Below are positions 29,013 through 37,202 of a DNA stretch of 64,000 nucleotides, one piece after another. The stretch is from Candidatus Poribacteria bacterium (GTDB taxonomy: Bacteria > Poribacteria > WGA-4E > WGA-3G). Location: the NCBI GenBank assembly GCA_965197475.1, contig CBDANF010000003.1, positions 2,752,001 to 2,816,000 of the forward strand, written 5' to 3'. Made by a program: the position numbers and the translations under genes. Under the pieces are notes generated by a model. It saw only the letters and a list, made by a program, of their open reading frames with translations, did no database searches and was not told where the DNA came from. Position 1 is the first letter of the stretch. The number at the start of each line of letters is the position of its first letter.

Positions 29013-32000
29013 CTATTTAGATGGTACATTCCACAGGAGGACGGTGCCATCAAGGCTGCTTGTGCTCGCAAGTAATTTCCTATCTTGGGAAAACACTAAA
29101 GCACTGATATTACCTTTATGTCCTTCATAAGAAGTAAGATGTGCACCAGTGGTAGACTCCCATAAGTGAATTTCACCCCCCGTATCTCCACTCGCGAGAA
29201 GTATCCCATCTGACGAGAATGCCAATTTGCAGATTGCAAATTTATGTGGTGCTTTGAAAGTTCTAACACGTTTTTGGGCAGCAACGTCCCACAATTGGAT
29301 CTCTTTATCTCTAATTCCAATTGCCAAGTTTTTTCCATTGTGATCAAACGTCATAGAATAAATATCGTGACTTTCCAACGTCAACGTCCGGTTTTTCAGG
29401 ACCCCTAACACTTTTTTTATCAAATTTTCGGGTGTATTGAACGTGGCAATTTGTTTGTCGGCGTGTGTGTCCCACAAAAACACTTTACCTGATCGATCAT
29501 CGGTTGCGAGCATACTTCCATCTGGCGTTAGTGCCATAGCTCCCTTAGACGATTGATACGCCTTTTCTGTGAGATTACATAAATGTTCGCGGGTGTGAAC
29601 ATTCCACAACTCAATCATTTTGTTTTTCCCATTTTTAGTAGCCAATGTTCTGAAATTTGGAGAATGTACATATATAGGGAATGTAAATGATGTTCCATCG
29701 TCCCAAGAGGTTATGATTCCTTCGCCCCAAGAGGTTATGATTCCTTGACCTATCAAGTTAATCGGAACAGTGTTAGTGCTAATCAGTGTTCCAGTAGTGA
29801 CATCCCACTGAACAGTGGAAGCAAGTCCCACTGTATTTAAGATTTTATTATCTCTGGCAAAGGTTAAACCGTCAATGTTGTTTTTCCCCGTCCTAATCGC
29901 GGTCAGTTTGTCCCCACTTTCTGTATCCCAGAGTTGGATATTACCATCACTTCCGCTTGCTAACGTTTTGCCATCATGAGTAAACGCCAACGTCGTGATC
30001 TCCTTTGCATAGTCTTTAGCAAGGGTCCGCGGTTGTGTATTCTTTTTTATTTCCCACACATCTACTGTGCCAATTTGATTGTCAGTAACAAGAATTGTCC
30101 CATCTTGAGAAAAAAGATGGTTTCTTGGCAAAACTACAAATAAATCATCATCCAAAATAAGAGAGGCAATTTCACGTTGGGTGACAATATCCCATATCGT
30201 ATAACTTGCTTTTTCTATGATATCTCCATTTCTATCATAGATTCCGCCTCTTCTTATAGCAAGGTTTTTGCCATTACCTGAAAATTTTACGTCCGTTGTA
30301 GATTGAAACTCAGCGATTTGACGTTCTGCAACGATGTCCCATATCGCGCAGTTTCCTCTTGTGAAAGCATTACGTGATATAAGCGCGAGAGTTTTGCTAT
30401 CATCTCCAAACCTTACGTCTACATACTCAGGGAGTGCTGCCAGTTGTTCGCCCGTATCAACATTCCAAATTTCAGTAGGACCTGCAATACCTGTCCATCC
30501 TCCTGATATTGAAATCCTATAGCGACTCTTACTCACAAGCATTTTTCCATCCGGTGAAAATTTCAGTTCGTACACCCATTTCACAGGTTGTTTACCCAGT
30601 CGTGATGGAGAGTATTCTTGCAGATTGTATTGTATAGGAAAAGGTGTACCATCCTCGCTATAGTTCGTGAGAAATGGCTTTTTGCCATCTTTCTCTTCTG
30701 GATCCGGCGGTATTCTGGCATCCTTGAAAAACGCTGCGTCATTTGTACGAGCTACAAGCGTTTGTATTTCTTGACTGGTCCCTCCATCTTGTATGCTAAT
30801 TGTGCCATCCTCGTTTCCAATAGCATATTTGACTACGCCAGTGGAGTCAACAAAGACATCTAACGCAAGCGTCCAAGGTGCGCCTTTGATCTTAATTTTT
30901 TCTAAAGCCCCAGGATGGAAAGTTTTTAGATGTTCTCCGGTGGTGATGTTCCAGAACCAGACCGTACTATTCTTATTCACACCAGTAAGCGTTTTTCCAT
31001 CGGCTAAGAATTTCAAAGAGGAAAGTGAACCGCCAAGACTATTGAATTTCAAAAGCAGCTTTCCACTCTCAACATCCCAACTCCGGATTATGTTGTCACC
31101 TCCAGCACTGGCAAGTGTTTTACCATCCGGTGAGAACGTGACAAGTCCTATTAAATCTGTATCTTTTGTAAGTAGGGAAGTTTCGGTACCTAAGTCAATA
31201 TCATAAAACCATACGCCGGTAGAACTTACAATAGCCAGGTGTGTGCCATCAGGTGACAGCTGCATATCGGTTATAGTCCCTTTTCCAAACCTCTGTTTTG
31301 CCCCTTCCGGTAAATTCCACCGCGTATAGTCACCTGTATCACCTACAACCTGATTAGATTTCTCACTAGCACCATCATCTCTACCACCTATATCGGAACG
31401 TCCCTCTGGTTGATTTAGCACATCTGGTCTCGCCTTGATATTCTGGACAATAGGCGCGTCAACGAGTTCAACCTCCATTTCAGATTGTGCATCTAAACTA
31501 TAAGGTCGCTGGAAACGTGCTAAATATTGACTTCCTATGCCAAGCATTAGCGCAATCAAAACGGCACTTGATGCACCTATCACCCATGGAATCAAAGGTT
31601 TACCTCCAGAAGGCGCAGCCGGTTTAAGTCGTGCGATTTCTTGCATGATGTTATCGGTTAGGTTTGGTGAAATTTGGAAGTTGCTAATTGCCTCTTGGAT
31701 CATCGGTTCCTCCTTTTTCAAGCGGTTGCGTGCACGGCGGAGACGGCTTTTAATTGTGTTCGCGGATACACCTAAAAACTCACTCATCTGTTCACACGTC
31801 ATCTCTCCGAAGTAGTGAAGCGTGATGACGGTGCGGTCACTCTCCTTCAACGTCTCAAGCAACTTTTTGACGACTTCCTGCTGTGCCTTGTCAACAGTTT
31901 TTGCCTGTTCCTCTGCAACATGTTTTGAATAAGCATCTTTATTTGTTACTGGTGTGTCTATGTTCTCCAGTGTTTGGTGCCACAAACGCTTTTTTCGGAA

Positions 32001-32252
32001 CCACGCGAGGCACCGTCGCGTCGCAATGACATAGAGCCATCCTGCAAACCGATGTGGTTCTTTGAGTGTATGGAGTCTTTGATACGCTTTGAGGAAGGTA
32101 TCCTGCGTAATATCTTCAGCAATGTGAAAATCGCCTACTTTCCGCCATGCAAGCGCGTGAACCTGCTTCTGATATTTCTCCACTAATTCAGAGAAGGCGT
32201 TATCATCGCCTGCAAGGGTGCGTTGAATTAGTTCAGCATCTTCGTTTTTCAT
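29013..32252 (-). CDS. ECF sigma factor-TM-WD40 beta-propeller fusion (copy E)
   Basis: Start ATG 32252 after GGAGG; same architecture; DYTRWNLPEGAKQRFGKG then WD40 repeats. Confidence 0.9.
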   Translation of the reverse strand: MKNEDAELIQRTLAGDDNAFSELVEKYQKQVHALAWRKVGDFHIAEDITQDTFLKAYQRLHTLKEPHRFAGWLYVIATRRCLAWFRKKRLWHQTLENIDTPVTNKDAYSKHVAEEQAKTVDKAQQEVVKKLLETLKESDRTVITLHYFGEMTCEQMSEFLGVSANTIKSRLRRARNRLKKEEPMIQEAISNFQISPNLTDNIMQEIARLKPAAPSGGKPLIPWVIGASSAVLIALMLGIGSQYLARFQRPYSLDAQSEMEVELVDAPIVQNIKARPDVLNQPEGRSDIGGRDDGASEKSNQVVGDTGDYTRWNLPEGAKQRFGKGTITDMQLSPDGTHLAIVSSTGVWFYDIDLGTETSLLTKDTDLIGLVTFSPDGKTLASAGGDNIIRSWDVESGKLLLKFNSLGGSLSSLKFLADGKTLTGVNKNSTVWFWNITTGEHLKTFHPGALEKIKIKGAPWTLALDVFVDSTGVVKYAIGNEDGTISIQDGGTSQEIQTLVARTNDAAFFKDARIPPDPEEKDGKKPFLTNYSEDGTPFPIQYNLQEYSPSRLGKQPVKWVYELKFSPDGKMLVSKSRYRISISGGWTGIAGPTEIWNVDTGEQLAALPEYVDVRFGDDSKTLALISRNAFTRGNCAIWDIVAERQIAEFQSTTDVKFSGNGKNLAIRRGGIYDRNGDIIEKASYTIWDIVTQREIASLILDDDLFVVLPRNHLFSQDGTILVTDNQIGTVDVWEIKKNTQPRTLAKDYAKEITTLAFTHDGKTLASGSDGNIQLWDTESGDKLTAIRTGKNNIDGLTFARDNKILNTVGLASTVQWDVTTGTLISTNTVPINLIGQGIITSWGEGIITSWDDGTSFTFPIYVHSPNFRTLATKNGKNKMIELWNVHTREHLCNLTEKAYQSSKGAMALTPDGSMLATDDRSGKVFLWDTHADKQIATFNTPENLIKKVLGVLKNRTLTLESHDIYSMTFDHNGKNLAIGIRDKEIQLWDVAAQKRVRTFKAPHKFAICKLAFSSDGILLASGDTGGEIHLWESTTGAHLTSYEGHKGNISALVFSQDRKLLASTSSLDGTVLLWNVPSK

Positions 32253-32302
32253 CAGTAGCCTCCACAAAAGAATAATCTCAACAATTCATCTCAACATTTA
32301 GT

Positions 32303-32329
32303 GACGCGTGGAACGGCAAAACGGGTGCA
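32303..32329 (-). promoter_or_regulatory. Putative ECF promoter of copy E
   Basis: TGCACC-N17-CGTC. Confidence 0.65.
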
Positions 32330-32558
32330 TAATTTACAAAAAAAGTGCAATTTCGGAACAATTTAATGTTCATCGCAATCAAACAAGGATCCTTGACAAA
32401 ATGGAGGAACATGTATAGAATATCCATTGAAACAACGAGGCATAGATCTCGAGAATCTGCAATCCTAATCTGAAAAATTTTGAAAAGGCGTTTGAAACTA
32501 CGAAACAACGTTATGCGTGCTTACGAAACTCGCTTACTATAAAAGAAAGGAATAGGTA

Positions 32559-33905
32559 ATGATTCAAACAGCATACAAGGAAACCTATCGTCCGCAGTAC
32601 CACTTCACACCGAAAACAAACTGGACCAACGATCCGAACGGATTGATTTATTACAAAGATGAGTATCATCTCTTCTTTCAACACAATCCTTTCGGCATCA
32701 ATTGGGGCAACATGACATGGGGACACGCTGTTAGTCCTGACCTCGTTCACTGGAAACAACTCCCACATGCGATCCATCCAGACGAACTCGGCACGATTTT
32801 CTCGGGTTCCGGCGTTGTCGATTGGAACAATACCGGTGGATTTCAGACAGGCGACGAGGCAGTGCTCGTGAATTTTTATACATCTGCTGGGAGCCACGCG
32901 CCAGAAAAGGTGCCGTTTACACAGAGTATCGCCTATAGCAACGACCGTGGGCGGAGTTGGACAAAATATGAAGGGAATCCCGTCATTGAGCACATCGTTG
33001 CAAGCAACCGTGACCCGAAAGTGATCTGGCACGAACCTACGCAAAAATGGGTGATGACGCTTTTTCTCAACAATAATGATTTTGCCTTTTTTGGTTCTAC
33101 GAACCTAAAGGAGTGGACACGACTCTCTGATATCCAGATACCTGATGGTGAATGCCCAGATATCTTTGAACTTCCTGTTGATGGCGACCCTGAGAATACC
33201 AAATGGGTTTTTTTGGGAGCCGGTGGTAAATATTATGTTGGTGATTTTGACGGAACCACTTTCACACCAGATGGGGAATCACAGCGAGCAGACTTCGGTG
33301 CTAATTTTTACGCTGCACAAACATGGAGTGACATACCCGAATCTGATGGTCGCCGCATTCAGATCGCATGGATGAACGGCAGTAATCCGCCAGAGATGCC
33401 CTTTAATCAGCAAATGAGCTTCCCATGTGTGTTGACACTTCGGACGACGTCAGAGGGTATCCGCCTGTATCGGGAACCAGTGGCAGAAATCGAAAATATC
33501 CATGACTATACGCACGTTTGGAGCAACGTAACGCTCAATCCCGATGAAAACCTACTTGCAGGATTGACCGGTGAGTTGTTTGATATCCGTGCAGAGATAG
33601 AACTCAACAATGCCTCCGCTGTCGGCTTCAATATTCGTGGTCAAGATGTCCGATACAATGTCGCTGAAAAGCAGTTGACGTTCCTTGAAAGGAGCGGTCC
33701 TCTCGCCCCACAAGATGGCAAAATTCAGTTACAGATTTTAGTCGATCGCATCTCAATTGAGGCGTTCGGCAATTCAGGTGCGCTCTCAATGACCTCCTAT
33801 TTCCTGTCCGATCTCAATAACGCGGACATCGGAATTTACGCTGAGGGCAGTGAAGCTACACTTGTATCGTTGAAAGTGCATGAACTGAAATCGTCGTGGG
33901 TATAA
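32559..33905 (+). CDS. Glycoside hydrolase family 32 (levanase/beta-fructofuranosidase-like)
   Basis: WTNDPNG, WGHAVS, FSGS, RDP and ECP catalytic motifs; no signal peptide. Confidence 0.93.
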   Translation: MIQTAYKETYRPQYHFTPKTNWTNDPNGLIYYKDEYHLFFQHNPFGINWGNMTWGHAVSPDLVHWKQLPHAIHPDELGTIFSGSGVVDWNNTGGFQTGDEAVLVNFYTSAGSHAPEKVPFTQSIAYSNDRGRSWTKYEGNPVIEHIVASNRDPKVIWHEPTQKWVMTLFLNNNDFAFFGSTNLKEWTRLSDIQIPDGECPDIFELPVDGDPENTKWVFLGAGGKYYVGDFDGTTFTPDGESQRADFGANFYAAQTWSDIPESDGRRIQIAWMNGSNPPEMPFNQQMSFPCVLTLRTTSEGIRLYREPVAEIENIHDYTHVWSNVTLNPDENLLAGLTGELFDIRAEIELNNASAVGFNIRGQDVRYNVAEKQLTFLERSGPLAPQDGKIQLQILVDRISIEAFGNSGALSMTSYFLSDLNNADIGIYAEGSEATLVSLKVHELKSSWV

Positions 33906-34011
33906 ATTGCAGTTGATCTCAAAATCATTGTAGGGCGAGGTCCCTGTGCCTCGCCATTTCAAATATGAAAACTATGAGATGGTTTCTAATCATTCTATAC
34001 TGCTAAGTGGA

Positions 34012-34422
34012 CTAAGAATAAACCGTCGCTGTTAGGTTTCGTCTACCACCCCGATTACGGAATTCACACAGATAGATTCCCTGCCATACACCTAAATTCA
34101 GGTGATGGTCGGTAATCGGGATGGATACGGCAAAACCAACAAGCGACGCTTTGATATGTGCTGGCATATCGTCATCGCCTTCTATTGTGTGTTTATAGAA
34201 AGGTTCACGCTCCTTAACGAGACGATCGAAACTATTGGCAAAATCTTCACGCACCGTCGGATCTGCATTTTCATTGATGGTTAACCCCGCTGATGTGTGC
34301 TTAATAAAAAGGTGAAGGATACCTACTCTCGGCAATTCTCCAAGCGATGCCATAATTTCATCTGTGATAAGATGAAAACCGCGCGGATATTCAGGTAAGG
34401 TAATTTCAATTTGATGAATCAT
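34012..34422 (-). CDS. yjbQ: YjbQ/UPF0047 family protein
   Basis: HTSAGLTINENADPTVR, HIKASL, LGVWQGIYLCE. Confidence 0.92.
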   Translation of the reverse strand: MIHQIEITLPEYPRGFHLITDEIMASLGELPRVGILHLFIKHTSAGLTINENADPTVREDFANSFDRLVKEREPFYKHTIEGDDDMPAHIKASLVGFAVSIPITDHHLNLGVWQGIYLCEFRNRGGRRNLTATVYS

Positions 34423-34774
34423 TTTGTGTGTTGCCTTTGGTCGGTAGAAGCGATTTTGATTAGCACTCCTGCCGTTTGTAAAGTTTCTTGCTATGATACC
34501 ACAATTCCCTGATATTTCACAGGGCCATTTAGTTTCGCAATAAGTAGTTTTGGACTTGCAACAAACATGTAAAAATCGCTACAAACACAGATGTAGACTA
34601 CATTTCCACTTGTTTTAATTGTGCAACTATGATACAATATAGATAAGAAAGTAGGGGGTTGGTAGCCCCCTAAATGAACACAAAAAGCGAGTTGCTTTTT
34701 GACGGTTCTAATCTTATCTGGTATTATATCAGAAATCCGTCAGAAAAAGCAACTCCTATTTCAAGGAGTATCTG

Positions 34775-35659
34775 ATGGATTTATTGAAGGTAATGGAGCG
34801 TTTTCCTGACCAAGAAGCATGTATTGAGCATTTGGAATATATTCGGTGGCGTGGTGAACCAAGATGTCCGCATTGTGATAGTCTAAACGTTGCGGAACGG
34901 ACAGAGACGGAATTGGGACGCATCGGACGCTGGCAATGCCATGATTGCACTGCTACTTTCAAGGTGACGTGTGGCACGGTGTTTCACGGGACAAAGATAG
35001 CACTTCAGAAGTGGTTTTTGGCGATCTCGTTGATTGTGAATGCGAAGAAGTCGTTATCCAGTTACCAGTTGAGTCGTGATTTAGACTTGAATCAGAAAAC
35101 TGCATGGTTTATAATGACTCGTATCCGTGCTGAAATGGCAAAGAAAGGTAGCAACGTGCTATTACAAGGCATCATAGAGGCTGATGAAACTTACATCGGG
35201 GGTAAACCTCGCAAGCCGAACAAGAAAGCAGATGCGGAGCCTGCCAAGCGTGGTCGTGGCACTGATAAAGACGCAATCATCGGGGCTGTCCAACGCGGTG
35301 GGAAAGTTGTAGCACAACTTGCAAGGGATTTGACAGGACGGACTATTTTAGACTTTATCCGAAGAGCCGTGAAAGTTCAGGATTCGGAGTTGATGACCGA
35401 TGAATATAATGCTTATCTCGCACTCGGTAGAGATATGAAGCATCATATCATCAATCATCAAGAGCAATTTGTTGACGGTGATGTCCACACAAACACGATT
35501 GAGGGGTTTTGGTCGCTTCTCAAACGCGCTTGGTATGGTTCACATCACCACTATTGGACTGAATATACGCCCCTGTATGTCGCAGAGGCGTGCTACAAGT
35601 ATAACTATAGGAGCATTGACAGCATCTTTGATAAGTTTGTTAATGAGAGTATGAGATGA
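34775..35659 (+). CDS. IS1595-family transposase
   Basis: Zn ribbon CPHC..CHDC, EADETYIGG, MTDEY, HTNTIEGFWSLLKR. Confidence 0.95.
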   Translation: MDLLKVMERFPDQEACIEHLEYIRWRGEPRCPHCDSLNVAERTETELGRIGRWQCHDCTATFKVTCGTVFHGTKIALQKWFLAISLIVNAKKSLSSYQLSRDLDLNQKTAWFIMTRIRAEMAKKGSNVLLQGIIEADETYIGGKPRKPNKKADAEPAKRGRGTDKDAIIGAVQRGGKVVAQLARDLTGRTILDFIRRAVKVQDSELMTDEYNAYLALGRDMKHHIINHQEQFVDGDVHTNTIEGFWSLLKRAWYGSHHHYWTEYTPLYVAEACYKYNYRSIDSIFDKFVNESMR

Positions 35660-35665
35660 GTGAAA

Positions 35666-36001
35666 CTAAAGGTACCCAGGGCGTTTCTTTGCATGATCCG
35701 CGGGTTCAGGCGGTGCTTGCAGCACAGATGGCGGAAGCTCGAATGTCTTTTGATCCGAATTCAAAGCTTCGAGAATATTTTGGAACAATGTATAGCAATC
35801 TGACTCGGATTGGAAGATGCCCAAATTGTAGAGAAAAGTTGATTGGTTCGATCCATGAGCGTCTACATGTTTCAACAGAGTCAGATTGAACAAGTTTGAT
35901 TCGTTGTTCTTGATGATCACAATTTCATCATAAATATTAAGATTTACGGCTAATGGACAAAATCCAGTGATTTGTTCAGGTTTTGGAAATATGATTAACA
36001 T
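35666..36001 (-). CDS. Passenger hypothetical protein
   Basis: ATG 36001 after AAAGGA; plausible globular sequence ending LEALNSDQKTFELP... Confidence 0.55.
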   Translation of the reverse strand: MLIIFPKPEQITGFCPLAVNLNIYDEIVIIKNNESNLFNLTLLKHVDAHGSNQSTFLYNLGIFQSESDCYTLFQNILEALNSDQKTFELPPSVLQAPPEPADHAKKRPGYL

Positions 36002-36049
36002 GATAGTTCCTTTGTGAGTTAGAGGGGACAGGGGCACCTCGTTGTTGGG

Positions 36050-36286
36050 TTAGTCTGTTTTCTTTCGGTTTACATACCGTTTGATACACCAAGCGGTGAA
36101 TCTTGCCGACAGAAAAATAATAGGTATGCCGACAATTTGGGCTACCAATGCTACTAATGCGTATTCTCGAGCACCGAGAACAGTGACTATAGATCCAATG
36201 ATAGCGAAAAACAAAAGCCAGTTTTTCAACGTGTATTTTTGCTTATAGTAAGCAAATACAAGAAGTGGCCACACTAAAAGTACCAT
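36050..36286 (-). CDS. Passenger small membrane protein
   Basis: 78 aa, 2-3 hydrophobic helices, basic tail. Confidence 0.6.
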   Translation of the reverse strand: MVLLVWPLLVFAYYKQKYTLKNWLLFFAIIGSIVTVLGAREYALVALVAQIVGIPIIFLSARFTAWCIKRYVNRKKTD

Positions 36287-36343
36287 GATATTCCCTTATG
36301 GTAAGGGTTGTACGTGTTTTGTTTATAGGATCACGTTGTTTAA

Positions 36344-36427
36344 CCTTAACGTTGTTCCCGATCTCATTCGGTTTGGTAGGGACTGCCTCAAGCGAGACAG
36401 ATGAGATTCCCTACCAACAACGTTAGG
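36344..36427 (-). ncRNA. Putative structured RNA (three-way junction with pseudoknot)
   Basis: Four stems plus 6-nt loop-bulge complementarity, directly downstream of TTGACT-N18-TATACT (36459-36430). Confidence 0.5.
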
Positions 36428-36505
36428 ATAGTATAACATGTGGGAGAAAAGAGAGTCAAGTGAAAAATTCAATGGCTTGTTGCAAGTCCAAAACTACTTA
36501 TTGCG

Positions 36506-37114
36506 TTAAAATTTATCAAGAGTTATGCTGTTCAACAGACTGATCTGTTTGCAGAACAAGTGGTTACAGATACATCAGATACTGAAGATACAGTAGTAAT
36601 ATCATTTGGTGAACAACTTGCCAGGAAACGGGACGATGTTGAAATGACCCAAGAGGATTTGGCAGCAAAAGTTGGTTATACTCGTGGGCACATTGCCCTT
36701 ATTGAACAGAACAGAGGAACACCTGGAAAGAGTCTACACAGAAAATTAGTTGAACTATTCGGTGAATTCTCAGAACCAGCCACTGAAACAAGAACTACCA
36801 ATATTTTAGCAGTTGAAATGGAGGATGGGAGTTGGATTTCAGAGAATACAGGGATAGAAACTTTCATTGAGGTCATTAAGCAAATAGACATCGAAAAGGT
36901 AAAAGAACTCAATAAATACGAAGCAAAGATACCTTTGGTAGCGGATAATGAGGATCCTAATAAGGCACAAAGAACAGTCGAAACAGATACAGGGACGATA
37001 TATTACATATTTTCGGGTCTTGCTATTACAAGAATGAAAAGAATTTTGGATGACATCGCTGATCGTCTTAATCTTGATATGAAAGTCTTTATTAACCAAG
37101 TCAAAAAAAGATAG
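36506..37114 (+). pseudogene. XRE-type HTH protein, probably 5'-truncated by the IS1595
   Basis: MTQEDLAAKVGYTRGHIALIEQN; frame is open from the IS boundary (36506) to GTG 36560, with no clear RBS. Confidence 0.6.
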
Positions 37115-37202
37115 CCGTAAAAATGTAAAATGTAATCAAATCTTCCTATCAAATTTTATGTGAACTATGAAAGAAAAAAGAGTCAATAGGAGAACCTGCG
37201 TT

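Larger units (their letters stand above)
34536..36505 (+). mobile_element. IS1595-family element with passenger genes
   Basis: Perfect 29-bp TIRs 34536-34564 / 36477-36505; no matching target duplication seen. Confidence 0.9.

Noticed and set aside
15728-32267. Diversity-generating retroelement or shufflon behind the shared blocks
   Set aside because: No reverse transcriptase or site-specific recombinase in the window; shared blocks are identical rather than adenine-mutated, and all copies are co-oriented.
35656-35889. 77-aa plus-strand ORF coupled to the transposase stop, with CPNC
   Set aside because: Fully overlaps the minus-strand passenger ORF, which has a clear RBS; cannot be excluded but is unsupported.
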